Part shown: positions 1-11,259 of the stretch, one piece after another
How the letters are laid out: the number at the start of each line of letters is the position of its first letter
Position numbering within the stretch: position 1 is the stretch's first letter
From: Malacoraja senta
Taxonomy: Eukaryota
DNA length: 64,000 nucleotides
NCBI GenBank assembly: GCA_038087875.1
Contig: CM075989.1
Span: 22,632,001-22,696,000, forward strand
Reading direction: 5' to 3'
Made by a program: the position numbers and the translations under genes
Notes under the pieces: generated by a model
Seen by the model: the letters and a program-made list of their open reading frames with translations, nothing else
Told to the model about the DNA's origin: nothing
The model's database searches: none

Positions 1-91
1 ACAATGGCAAAATTAATATGCAATAATCTTCATTGCATTTTAAATTCATATAATCTCAAAATTGTACATTGTAGGACAAGGTTATTCAGCC

Positions 92-324
92 TGAGTTATT
101 GAGTCTGAAGAAGGGTCTCAACTCGAAACGTCATCTATTCCTTCTCTCCAGAGATGCTGCCCGTCCTGCTGAGTTACTCCAGCTTTTGGTGTCCATCTGC
201 GGTTTAAACCAACATCTGCAGTTCCTTCCTACACATTTTGTCTGTTCCACTGCGAAATCTCCTCAAGGTATACATTTAAGATGTTCTCCTCCTCTCCCCA
301 ACAGTCTGAAGAAGGGTCTCGACC
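92..324 (+). mobile_element. PLE-derived terminal-repeat element, tandem two-hammerhead unit (left part; continues at 1884-1964)
   Basis: CTGAAGA at 105 and 306; family body ...GATGCTGCC...CTGAGTTACTCCAGC...GCAGTTCCTTCCTACACA; GTTATTCAGCC repeated at 81-91 and 1965-1975. Confidence 0.75.
105..132 (+). ncRNA. minimal type I hammerhead ribozyme motif, degenerate stem II
   Basis: CTGAAGA-A-GGGTC-TC-AACTC-GAAAC-GTC. Confidence 0.55.
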
Positions 325-1883
325 TGGGCCTGATGGCCTGCATCCCAAGGTACCTAAGGAGGTGGCTCTAAAAATCGTGGACGCATTGGTGATCATTTTC
401 CAATTTTCTATAGATTCAGGATCAGTTTCTGTGGATTGGAGGGTAGTTAATGTTATTCCACTTTTTAAGAAAGGCGGGAGAGAGAAAACAGGGAATTATA
501 GACCAGTTAGCCTGACATCGGTGGTGGGGAAGATGCTGGAGTCAATTATAAAAGATGAAACAGCAGCAAATATGGATAGCAGTAACAGGATCGGTCCGAG
601 TCAGCATGGATTTATGAAGGGGAAATCATGCTTGACTAATCTTCTGGAATTTTTTAAGAAGCTAACTAGAAAGATGGACAAGGGAGAGCCAGTGGATGTA
701 GTGTACCTGGACTTTCAGAAAGCATTTGATAAGGTCCCACATTGGAGATTAGTGGGCAAAATTAGAGCACATGGTATTGGGGGTAGAGTGCTGACATGGA
801 TAGAAAATTGGTTGGCAGACAGGAAACAAAGAGTAGGGATTAACGGGTCCCTTTCAGAATGGCAGGCAGTGACTAGTAGTGTACCGCAAGGCTCGGTGCT
901 GGGACCGCAGCTATTTACAATATACGTTAATGATTTAGATGAAGGAATTAAAATTAGCAAATTTGCAGATGACACAATGCTGGGTGGAAGTGTGAACTGT
1001 GAGGAGGATGCTATGGGGATGCAGGGTGACTTGGACAGGTTGGGGGAGTGGGCAGATGCATGGCAGATGCAGTTTAATGTGGATAAATGTGAGGTTATCC
1101 ACTTTGGTGGCAAGAACAGGAAGGCAGATTATTGTCTGAATGGTGTCAAGTAAGGAAAAGGGGAAGTACAACGAGATCTGAGGGTCCTTGTTCATCAGTC
1201 ACTGAAAGTAAGCATGCAGGTACAGGAGGCAGTGAAGAAAGCGAATGGCATGTTGGCCTTCATAACAAGAGGAGTTGAGTATAGGAGCAAATAGGTCCTT
1301 CTGCAGTTGTACAGGGTCCTGGTGAGACCACACCTGGAGTATTGTATGCAGTTTTGGTCTCCAAATTTGAGGAAGGACATTCTTGCTATTGAAGGAGTGC
1401 AGCGTAGGTTTACAAGGTTAATTCCCCAGATGGCAGGACGGTCATATGTTGAAAGAATGGAGTGACTGGGCTTGTATACACTGGAATTTAGAAGGATGAG
1501 AGGGAATCTTATTGAAACATAAGATTATTAAGGGCTTGGACACGCTAGAGGCAGGAAACATGTTCCCGATGTTGGGGGAATCCAGAACCAGGTGCCACAG
1601 TTTAAGAATAAGGGGGAGGCCATTTAGAACAGAGATGAGAAAAAATGTTTTCACCCAGAGAATTGTGAATCTGTGGAATTCTCTGCCTCAAAAGGCAGTG
1701 GAGGTCAATTCTCTGGATGCTTTCAAGAGAGAGTTAGATAGAGCTCTTAAAGATAGCGGAGTCAAGGGATATGGTAAGAAGGCAGGAACGGGTTACTGAT
1801 TGTAGATGATCAGCCATGATCACAATGAATGGTGGTGCTGGCTCAAAGGGCCGAATGGCCTCCTCCTTTACCTATTGTCTATT
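325..1883 (+). mobile_element. CR1 LINE, 5'-truncated, disrupted ORF2 reverse transcriptase
   Basis: PGPDGLHP, NYRPVSLTS, YLDFQKAFDKVPH, VPQGSVLGP, FADD motifs; stops after 1150; 3' UTR ending CTATTGTCTATT; GACC duplicated at the flanks. Confidence 0.95.
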
Positions 1884-1964
1884 GACCCGAAACGTCATCT
1901 ATTCCTTTTCTTCAGAGATGCTGCCTGACCCGCTGAGTTACTCCAGCATTTTGTGTCCATCTTC
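1884..1964 (+). mobile_element. PLE-derived element, right part of the CR1-interrupted copy
   Basis: resumes GACCCGAAACGTCA exactly where 306-324 stops. Confidence 0.8.
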
Positions 1965-2094
1965 GTTATTCAGCCCGAAAGTCGCAAAGCCTTCTGAAGA
2001 TGGACTTTGGTTGGTCTTGCATCCTCAACACACTCTGCTGCCACACATTCAGGCAGGAAACTCCAGACTGACAGTACTTGCCCGCGTACTGTTT

Positions 2095-2563
2095 CTCTCA
2101 TCCTCCCTTCTTCCAAAAGGCAGCCAGCTTCATCAGAGACCCACACCACCCTGGCCACACACTCATTTCACCCCTACCATCGGGAAGAAGGTACAGGAGC
2201 CTGAAAACTAACAGAAGGTAGACACAAAAAGCTGTAGTAACTCAGCAGGACAGGCAGCATCTCTGGAGAGAAGGAAGGAAAACTAACATTCAGGTTCAGG
2301 AACAGCTTCTTCCCTACAGCCATCAGGCTATTAAACACTACAACCTCCATTAAGCTCTGAACTACATAGACTTGGGGGCATTGGTTTTGTCTTTCTACAT
2401 TATTATCATTTATTTTTTATGGATATATAAACACACTGAACTTTTTTTTCTCGTTTATTATATTATTTACAGTGTACGATGTTCACATATTCCGCTGTGC
2501 CGCTGCAAGTAAGAATTTAATCGTTCTATCTGGGACAGATGACAATAAAACACTCTTGACTCT
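2095..2563 (+). mobile_element. Rex1/Babar LINE 3' fragment, interrupted at 2214-2277
   Basis: encodes KAASFIRDPHHPGHTLISPLPSGRRYRSLKT..RFRNSFFPTAIRLLN; 3' UTR with AATAAA and CTCTTGA tail. Confidence 0.8.
2214..2277 (-). mobile_element. 64-bp PLE terminal-repeat insertion
   Basis: flanked by 11-bp direct repeat GAAAACTAACA (2203-2213, 2278-2288). Confidence 0.8.
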
Positions 2564-2635
2564 TAAATCATTGACAATACATCTGTATAATTTTATCGGG
2601 TGAAATTTGATAATTCAGTAAACAGATATGAGAAT

Positions 2636-2858
2636 GGTAGACAAAATTGCTGGAGAAACTCAGCGGGTGCAGCAGCATCTATGGAGCGAAGGAAATAGGC
2701 AACGTTTCGGGCCGAAACGCTTCTTCAGACTGATGCAGGGTTTCGGCCCGAAACGTTGCCTATTTCCTTCGCTCCATAGATGCTGCTGCACCCGCTGAGT
2801 TTCTCCAGCACTTTTGTCTACCTTTGATTTTCCAGCATCTGCAGATCCTTCTTAAACA
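2636..2858. mobile_element. PLE-derived inverted-repeat element with a hammerhead-like core on each strand
   Basis: ~90-bp inverted arms; minus core 2701-2728, plus core 2730-2757 (CTGATGC variant). Confidence 0.8.
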
Positions 2859-3069
2859 GGGAGATACAAGTTACCCCAACAAGTATCAAACAGTTGGGAT
2901 GTTAACAATGACTTTATGGAGCTGAAAACCACAAAGCTGACAACAAGGGTCATTTTTTTAATTGATAGGTGTGGTCTGTAGACCTCACAGCGCCACCTGC
3001 AACTCAGCAGTGATCTTAGAAAGTCTCAGAAGATTCACTGGGAGGAAAGGAAAGGAAACCCTTAAATTC

Positions 3070-3680
3070 CACTGGTAATGAGCTCTCATTCCTCAAATTA
3101 CTCAGAACACTGATAAGGTTTTAAGTAATGAAGAGGCGAACATAATCAATCATAATCTAGGCTCATCTTGTCAATACACATTGAGAGGTGAGGGAGCACA
3201 CCCAAGTCCAGGGCAACGTCAGCAGAAATAAGTCTTGCTGTCTGTAGACTTGCAGAGTGAAACAGAACTCTGCCCTCCGCCATCGATCCGGCGAGGTCCC
3301 TAAAGGTTGACTAGTGGGAGAACATAAAAAAACTCTTAAACCCGCAGAATGCCAATAATGAGCTTTCATTACATATATTGCTGCAAACACTGATTAGTTT
3401 TTATCAGGCAGAGAAGGCGGCAATGATCAATCATAATCCCGGCCTGAGTTGTCGATGTACATCTAGGGGTTAGCCAATTCCGACAAGCATTGGCGACGTC
3501 AGCAAAAATTAATCAAACTGATCATTGGCCGGTAATAGATCCGAAGGAAAATTAGCGAGTGATTAAATTACCAGTGCCTGGGAACCAATAATTTAATTAA
3601 ATCACCTATTCACCTAGTTCCTATCAGAATAGCTCTTTATGCTAAAAACATTAAACTCAGAATGCTTATTAAACCTAAGG
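3070..3680. repeat. diverged tandem duplication, period ~280 bp
   Basis: AATGAGCT 3077/3357, AACACTGAT, ATCAATCATAATC 3145/3426, ACGTCAGCA all recur at a 280-281 bp offset. Confidence 0.7.
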
Positions 3681-3843
3681 TGAAAAGGAGTCATCTCCTT
3701 GAGAATTAGGTCGTGTCAAAAAAATACTGGCGCACAGCGTAAAATGATTTTAAAGTTTGTCATTGCTCATTCAACACGTCAAGGTTTCTTCTTAAAGAGC
3801 CTTTCTTCTTCTTTGTATATGAAGTACCTTTTCAATTAGAACT

Positions 3844-4057
3844 GGGTGGCGCAGCGGTAGAGTTGCTGCCTCACAATGCCAGAGACCCGGGTTCGATCCT
3901 GACTACGGGTGCCTACCTGTACGGAGTTTGTACGTTCTCCCTGTGACCTGCGTGTAGGATAGAGCTAGTGATCGCTGGGTGATCCGGGTGATCGCTGGTC
4001 GGTGCGGACTCGGTGGGTCAATGGGCCTGTTTCCACGCTGTATCTCTAAACTAAACT
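3844..4057 (+). mobile_element. HE1-type V-SINE, internally deleted
   Basis: A box TGGCGCAGCGG, B box GGTTCGATCC, V-domain start, (CTAAA)n tail. Confidence 0.85.
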
Positions 4058-4732
4058 ACACTACAATCAAAAAACGTTTCCTTTCCTCCCTGACCTTTCG
4101 TGAAGAAAACATTAAGTTCTTTTCAGTTGAAGAGACAGGACTCTAAATCGTGTTTTTGTGCGGCGTCCATTTCATTTATGGGGATAAAACTGCAGAGCCT
4201 CATTCATCTTTCATGTTTGACTTGACAGAAATTCTTCTTGAGCTGAAATTGTAAATGCATTCACTAATTTCATGATTATTTACATGGCAGTGGGAATAAA
4301 TGTTAGCAAACAGATGCACCGTAAAATAGAAATGGGATGAAAGACGGTCAGACCATCACTGAATAATATTTCGTGCATTTTCGTGTGATAAACGGGCTCT
4401 TTGCACCGATTCCATTTCCCTGCCCATTTATAATTCATGCCCTGTAATAGCTCCAAATATTTTTTTGGGAGAAACTCAATGTTTGCCAGTTGATCTGACA
4501 CGTTGGTCAGCACGCTAGGCACACATGGAGAGGTGGCGTGTTAATGACCCTGGCCCTGTGTTCAGCAGAAGTGACACAAGCTCTTGTTACAATACAAATT
4601 AACTTCCCTGAAGTTTGATGTCATTAACCAAGTTTGATGAGAGATTATATGCTTTCTGCCTTTTTGTTACATGGGGGGGGGGGGATAAAGCACTTAAAGA
4701 CACTATTTTTTGTATGGAACAGAAAAGAAAGG

Positions 4733-5038
4733 GCGGCACGGTGGCACAGAGTCGCTGCCTCACAGCGCCAGCGACCCGGGTTCGATCCTGACCACGGGTG
4801 CTGTCTGTATGGAGTTTGTACCTTCTTCCCGTGACCCGAGTGAGTTTTCTCCGGGTGCTCCGGTTTCCTCCCACGTGCCAAAGACGTTCAGGTTAGTAGA
4901 TTAATTGGCTTTGGTAAGATTTTAAATTGTCCCTGTGTGTGTAGGATAGTGTTAGTGTGCGAGGATTGCTGGACGGCGCAGACTTAGTGGGCTGAAGGGC
5001 CTGTTTCTGAGCTGAATCTCCACACTAGACTAAACTAA
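4733..5038 (+). mobile_element. HE1-type V-SINE
   Basis: B box, V domain GGAGTTTGTA..CCGGTTTCCTCCCAC, tail GAAGGGCCTGTTTC. Confidence 0.9.
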
Positions 5039-5045
5039 ATTCTCA

Positions 5046-5492
5046 GTTCAGTTTGGTTCAGTTTATTGTCACGAGGTACAGTAAAAAGCTTTTGTTGCAC
5101 GCTTTCCAGTCAGCAGAAAGACAATACATGATTACAATCGAGCCATTTACAGTGTACAGATACATGATAAGGGAATAACGTTTAGTGCAAGGTAAAGTAA
5201 GCAAAGTCTGATCAAGGATAGTCCAAGGGTCTCCAAAGAGGTAGATGGTAGTTCAGCACTTCTCTCTGGTTGTGGTAGGATGATTCAGTTGCCTGATAAC
5301 AGCTGGGAATGAATGAATGCATGAATAGGTTTATTGGCCAAGTATTCACATACAAGGAATTTACCTTGGTGCTCCGCCCACAAGTGACAACATGACAGTT
5401 GACAGTTAAGAATGACACATAAAACATTAAACATTAATAATAATATTATTCTTATAATAATAATAAATAAGAAAGTGTGCCTGAATCTGGAG
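5046..5492 (-). mobile_element. Rex1/Babar 3' end with a nested LINE tail (~5309-5469)
   Basis: same 3' UTR as 42285-42787; nested piece has a (CATT)n tail. Confidence 0.7.
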
Positions 5493-5549
5493 GAGATTCT
5501 CAGTTGCACCCCACTGTAAAATATGTTCGAGCCAGCCTTTTTACTGGCG

Positions 5550-5826
5550 TGTGAAAGATACATCTTCTAGATGCGCTGGGACGCATCCTCAGTCATATGA
5601 TCTGGGGTCATCGGGTGTTTCGGGTCTCACAACATCAGACACCCTCGCCCAGGCGACCCAGCCGGGGTTGGTCAGGCCCCGACTTGCGTCCCACCAGCAA
5701 CCGCCCACGGATCAGCCCTCTTAATCCAAAGCCACCTGGTGGCTTTCTCTGCGGCTTCGCTTGCGGATCGAATGGCCCTCTTCTTTGCCAGCCCCGTAAT
5801 GCCCAACTGGTTGAGGACTTTGCAAG
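5550..5826 (-). mobile_element. HERO-like (restriction-like-endonuclease) non-LTR retrotransposon 3' fragment
   Basis: minus frame 5824-5672 reads CKVLNQLGITGLAKKRAIRSASEAAEKATRWLWIKRADPWAVAGGTQVGA*, matching the HERO C-terminal AEKA.RWLW.KR motif as I recall it; followed by a structured 3' UTR. Confidence 0.75.
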
Positions 5827-6386
5827 CAAACTCAGCAAGCAAAGGATTATAGAATCCCCATTTTAAGGACGGGTTCTAAGGAAGAACCTGCCCTAATTTC
5901 AGATGGAAGTAGTTGTTGGCGCGATTTGTGTATCGAAACCGATGAGGCACAGCAACTCACGCACGACACAGTGTGAGGCTGGCTCGACGTTATACACGGC
6001 CCTGAACAATTACAGCCCAGTGTAATGGGCTTTCTGTGAGTTAGGATTCAGACTACATCATTGAAGTAATGTCAAGAGGACTTGACACTGCCCCTTACTG
6101 CCACCATAGATCAGTTCTCTCGGCAAGAACAATCAAGCGCTACTTAATGGGCAGGAGGAAGCCCTGAATGGCATTATTCAGTGGCAGGATTTTGTCATGA
6201 CCAAGGCTCTAGTAATTTGATTGATGTGGCTGCAATCCAGACAACCCCACCATGTGTCAAGAAACAAAAATGATAAAGAAAGCTCGGGAGATCTTTGCTT
6301 TCAACGCAGTCAACGTACCTGTCATCAAGTGAAATGTTGCGTTCAACGTGGACAAGGCAGAACTAAGGCCGTCTACTTATTTCCCT

Positions 6387-6582
6387 TGTTCAAGAAGGAA
6401 TTGCAGATGCTGAAAAATCTAAGGTAGACAAAATTCTTGGAGAAACTCAGCGGGTGCGGCAGATTCTATGGAGCGAAGGAAATAGGCAACGTTTCGGGCC
6501 GAAACCCTTCTTCAGACTGATGCAGGGTGGGGGGGCGGGAAGAAGCTTCCCGCCCCCCCCACCCTGCATCAGTCTGAAGAAG
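6387..6582. mobile_element. PLE-derived element with fold-back end
   Basis: family body on minus strand; inverted repeat GACTGATGCAGGGTGGGG..CCCCACCCTGCATCAGTC. Confidence 0.8.
6488..6515 (-). ncRNA. minimal hammerhead ribozyme motif
   Basis: CTGAAGA-A-GGGTT-TC-GGCCC-GAAAC-GTT. Confidence 0.65.
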
Positions 6583-6751
6583 ACTCTGAACAGTAACAGC
6601 CTATTGCGCTTTATCTGCTTATTTATGTGTATACTGAACTGAACTGTTCTGTATTGTTGCTTACAATATTCTGTTGTGCTGCAGCAAGCAAGAATTTCAT
6701 TGTCCTATCTGGGACACATGACAATAAACTCTCTTGATTTGACTTGACATA

Positions 6752-6891
6752 AAGATAGACACAAAATACTGGAGTAACTCAGCAGGACAGGCAGCATCTC
6801 TGGAGAGAAGGAATGCGTGACGTTTCGGGGCCTGAGGAAGGGTCTCGACCCGAAACGTCCCGCGAGTTACTCCAGCATTTTGTATCTATCT
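6752..6891. mobile_element. PLE-derived inverted element
   Basis: minus arm followed by a plus arm with internal deletion. Confidence 0.75.
6832..6859 (+). ncRNA. minimal hammerhead ribozyme motif
   Basis: CTGAGGA-A-GGGTC-TC-GACCC-GAAAC-GTC. Confidence 0.65.
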
Positions 6892-7215
6892 TGAATGATA
6901 TGTCTCAACTCTGCTTGCCAACCGTTGAATCACATCTCTGTTTTGGTGATTCAACCAAATCTCTGAAGAAGGATCTTCACCCGTAACGTCACATGTCCAC
7001 GATCCCCAGAGATGCTGCTTATAGACTCATAGAGTCATATACAGAGTGGAAACAAGCCAAGTTCATTTCAGTGCAGTCTCTCCGCCTACAGAATGGAGTT
7101 GCTATGTTTTCTTGGAAATTATTTATCGTTAATGTCTTTATTGACCTGCAATAGTTTAAATGTGTTTTTAATTGACTATTTGTGTTTTGTTAATCATGTA
7201 CATCATTGTTAGTAG

Positions 7216-7338
7216 CGTAGGAGGGAACTGCAGGTGCTGGTTGAGTCTGAAGAAGGGTCTCAACCCGAAACGTCACCCATTGCTTCTCTCCAGAGATGCT
7301 GCCTGTCCCGCTGAGTTACTCCACCATTTTGTGTGTAT
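7216..7338 (+). mobile_element. PLE-derived element with hammerhead core at 7247-7274
   Basis: CTGAAGAAGGGTCTCAACCCGAAACGTC plus family body. Confidence 0.75.
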
Positions 7339-7540
7339 CATAGTTAATCGCAGTTGAATGTCTATAGGGAGATTTGGCAGGGTGGATAACATGATGTTCC
7401 CTTCTGTGGGAGAATCTAGATGGAGGGAGTCGCCTACATAAGATCAAGAAGAGACATTTGTTTTACTCTCATGGGGTCATGAATCGTTAGAAAGATGTGG
7501 AGGAATTTATTCAGTCAGAGGGTGGTGAATCTAGAATTCA

Positions 7541-7830
7541 CAGCAGTAGAGTTGCTGCCTTACAGTGCCAGAGACCCAGGTTCGATCCCGACTATGGGCG
7601 CTGTCTGTACGGATTTTGTACGTTCTCCCCGTGACCTGCGTGGGCTTTCTCCGAGATCTTCGGTTTCCTCCCACCACCATGTACAGGCTTGTAGGTTGAT
7701 TGGCTTGGTATAAATGTAAGCTGTCTCTAGTGTGTGTTGGGTAGTGTTAATGTGCGGGGATCGTTGGTTGGTGCCGACTCGGTGGGTCGAAGGGCCTGTT
7801 TCTGCACTGTATCTCTAAACTAAACTAAAC
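7541..7830 (+). mobile_element. HE1-type V-SINE
   Basis: B box, V domain, (CTAAA)n tail. Confidence 0.85.
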
Positions 7831-8344
7831 ATACTAATGATCAGAACAATGGTATACAGTTCTAGTGGCATTCGTGAAGAAAGAAAGATTTCACATTGAT
7901 GACCAAACAAAATATTATTACAGATTTCCAGCATCTGCAATTTTATTCTTTTGAAGTCCTATTTTGGGACTATTTTTTCTTCACATCACTAAAGTCAATC
8001 TTTTGATCTCATAAAGTCCAAGTTATGATTATTTTTTTATCAATACCACAATATTGCTGCATGTAATCTTCTTCATCAAACTTTATTCAACTTAGTAAAT
8101 AGTTCTACTAAATGTCTGCAGACTATCCAAATAATTTAATATTTTCCATGGAAAATTAGTACTTAGCAAATTATTGTCAATGAATTATGCTCTAAATTCT
8201 GAACTCTACAAACTGGTAATGGCCAACGGAACATGAAAAGCTTTTAAGTCATTCTTTATCTGATTGAATCTTTGGTTATGTTAATATGTGGTGGAACTCT
8301 AACCTTTTGTAAAAAATCAGCCTTATAATGCTATGGTTTTCAAA

Positions 8345-8614
8345 CAGAGTCTTAGAGTCACACAGGATGCAAACATTCCCATCGGCCCAACTTGCCCACA
8401 CTGACCAAGAATGCCTCATTGACACTAGTCCCACCTGCCTGCGTTTGGCCCATATACCTCTAAACTTTTCCTATCCATGCCCCTACAGTCCATGTCTTTT
8501 AACAGTGATAGTATCTGCTTCAACTACCTCTTCTGGCAGCTCTTTCCATACACCCACCACCCTTTGTATAAAAAATCAGTTCCTATTAAATCTTTCCCCC
8601 GTCATTTTAAACCT
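8345..8614 (-). mobile_element. CR1 (HER1-type) 3' fragment
   Basis: reverse of ..GGTGGTGGGTGTATGG..GTTGGGCCGA..GACTCT tail. Confidence 0.7.
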
Positions 8615-8633
8615 ATGCTGCCTGACCCACTGA

Positions 8634-9438
8634 GTTATCCACTTTGGTGGCAAAAACAGGAAAGCAGACTATTATCTAAATGGTGGCCGATTAGGAAATG
8701 GGGAGATGCAGCGAGACCTGGGTGTCATGGTACACCAGTCATTGAAAGTAGGCATGCAGGTGCAGCAGGCAGTGAAGAAAGCGAATGGTATGTTAGCTTT
8801 CATAGCAAAAGGATTTGAGTATAGGAGCAGGGAGGTTCTACTGCAGTTGTACAGGGTCTTGGTGAGACCACACCTGGAGTATTGCATACAGTTTTGGTCT
8901 CCAAATCTGAGGAAGGACATTATAGCCATAGAGGGAGTGCAGAGAAGGTTCACCAGACTGATTCCTGGGATGTCAGGACTTTCATATGAAGAAAGACTGG
9001 ATAGACTCGGCTTATACTCGCTAGAATTTAGGAGATTGAGAGGGGATCTTATAGAAACTTACAAAATTCTTATGGGGTTGGACAGGCTAGATGCAGGAAG
9101 ATTGTTCCCGATGTTGGGGAAGTCCAGGACAAGGGGTCACAGCTTAAAGATAAGGGGGAAATCCTTTAAAACCGAGATGAGAAAAAACTTTTTCACACAG
9201 AGAGTGGTGAATCTCTGGAACTCTCTGCCACAGAGGGTAGTTGAGGCCAGTTCATTGGCTATATTTAAGAGGGAGTTAGATGTGGCCCTTGTGGCTAAAA
9301 GGATCAGGGGGTATGGAGAGAAGGCAGGTACGGGATACTGAGTTGGATGATCAGCCATGATCATATTGAATGGCGGTGCAGGCTCGAAGGGCCGAATGGC
9401 CTACTCCTGCACCTATTTTCTATGTATCTATGTATCTA
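8634..9438 (+). mobile_element. CR1 LINE 3' fragment nested in a PLE repeat
   Basis: RDLGV..LVRPHLEYC..RRLRGDLIETYK..FFTQRVVNLWNSLP; (CTATGTAT)n tail; PLE body split at TGAGTT. Confidence 0.95.
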
Positions 9439-9744
9439 TGAGTTCCTCCAGCACTTTGTGCTTTGCTCAAGATTCCAGCATCTGCAGTTTCATTAAGCAC
9501 AGGTACCCTGTCAAACCCCATTATGTTGTTAACCTTCGACACCCGTACCAATCAAGAATCTATCTATCTCTGCCTTAAAAATATCCACTCACCTGGCCTC
9601 CACGGCCTTCTGTGACAAAGAATTCCACAGATTCACCACCCTCTGACTGAAGATATATCATACTTGAAATGATCTCAGTAACAGACGTGCATCTGATGTT
9701 GCAATCCCCAGCGAGTTTAGTTATAGAAATCAGACCACTGTTAT

Positions 9745-10180
9745 GTATTACAATTGAGTCATTCACCCTGTACAGATACATGATAAGGGAATAACGTTTA
9801 GTGCAAGGTAAAACCAGCAAAGTTCGAACAAAGATAGTCCGAGGGTCACCAATGAGGTAGATAGTAGTTCAGGACTGCTCTCTAGTTGTGGTAGGATGAT
9901 TCAGTTGCCTGATAACAGCTGGGAAGAAACTGCCCCTGAATCTGGAGGTGTGCTTTTTCACACTTCTGTACCTTTTGCCTGAAGGTAGAGGGGAGAAGCG
10001 GGAGTAGCCACGGTGCAAATCGTCCTTGATTATGCTGCTGGCCTTGCCGAGGCAGCGTGAGGTACAAATGGAGTCAATGGAAGGGAGGTTGGTTTGTGTG
10101 ATGGTCTGGGCTGCGTCCACAATTCGCTGCAATTTCTTGTGGTCTTGGACGGAGCTGTTCCCAAACCAAGCTGGGATGTA
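9745..10180 (-). mobile_element. Rex1/Babar 3' fragment
   Basis: AWFGNSS..KKLQRIV..LPSGKRYRS..FFPAVIRQLN. Confidence 0.85.
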
Positions 10181-10235
10181 AAAACTGGGTTGCATAGATA
10201 ACCAAAACTGGGATAACCATCCAATGACCCGATAC

Positions 10236-10365
10236 CAGGAAGCAACTGCAGATGCTGATTTATACTGAAGATGGGAACAAAATGCTGGAGTAACTCAGCG
10301 GGACGGGCAGCATCCCTGGAGAGAAGGAATGGGTGAGGTTTGGGGCCGAGACCCTTCTTCAGACT
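10236..10365 (-). mobile_element. PLE-derived element, degenerate hammerhead
   Basis: family consensus match. Confidence 0.75.
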
Positions 10366-10523
10366 ATCTGCTGAATGGTTAGTACCCGACAAAAGCTTTT
10401 CACCGTACCTCGGTACACGTGACAATAAACTAAACTGAAACTGAAGCTTTCAATGTGCCAGCCTCAAGCCTGTCCTTGATCTTAATTAGGACAAAGAGTC
10501 CAGTTGATTTAGAAGAATCAAAT

Positions 10524-10850
10524 GGGCGGTGACGGTGGCGCAGCGGTAGAGTTGCTGCCTTACAGCGAATGCAGCGCCAGAGACCCGGGTTCGATCCCGA
10601 CTACGGGTGCTGTCTGTACGGAGTTTGTACGTTCTCCCCGTGACCTGAGTGGGTTTTCTCCGAGATCTTCGGTTTCCTCCCACACTCCAAAGACGTACAG
10701 GTTTGTAGGTTAATTGGCTTGGTAAATATAAGAATTGTCCCTAGTGGGTGTAGGATGGTGTTAATGTGTGGGGATCGTTGGTCGGCATGGACCCGGTGGG
10801 CCGAAGGGCCTGTATCCGCGCTGTATCTCTAAAACTAACACTAAAACTAA
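10524..10850 (+). mobile_element. HE1-type V-SINE, full length
   Basis: A/B boxes, V domain, tail; extra ~9 nt in the tRNA-like head. Confidence 0.9.
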
Positions 10851-11259
10851 AGAAAATGCACTATATTTTCTTAAGGGATTTCATCAAAACATATTATGAC
10901 ATTGTGCTGTTATCAATTTTAGAGCTAATTAGCAAATGGTATTTGCATTTCTTTTTTAAAGAGCATAAATGATTGCAAAGAACAAACAGATTAACATCAT
11001 TTTTCTGGAATTGAACGTGTCATTTGCCCCAGTTCGATTCACACTCTAAAAAGTGTTATGATATGTAGGACAGAAATCACATTTCTGAGATTGCACGAGA
11101 ATGACATTGAGCAGAAAAGCTCTACAAATACATAATGATGCCTGGCCTCAGATATATCAACGTGCTTCAGGAGCAAAGAAACATGATGGTGCATGAAACT
11201 TAAAATATCATGAGGTGAAATGGAAAGACAACAGCCATATTGTTTATAACAGTAAATAA

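Noticed and set aside
281..1153. Functional reverse transcriptase gene
   Set aside because: 5'-truncated CR1 whose ORF start is borrowed from flanking repeat; stop codons follow; no endonuclease domain
2986..3006. CTCF site (GCAGGTGGCGCT on the minus strand; similar near 23500)
   Set aside because: Lacks the leading CC of the core motif; not supportable without ChIP data
10524..10620. tRNA genes (A/B boxes at many loci)
   Set aside because: These are tRNA-derived SINE heads that continue into the V domain and LINE-like tail; no complete cloverleaf
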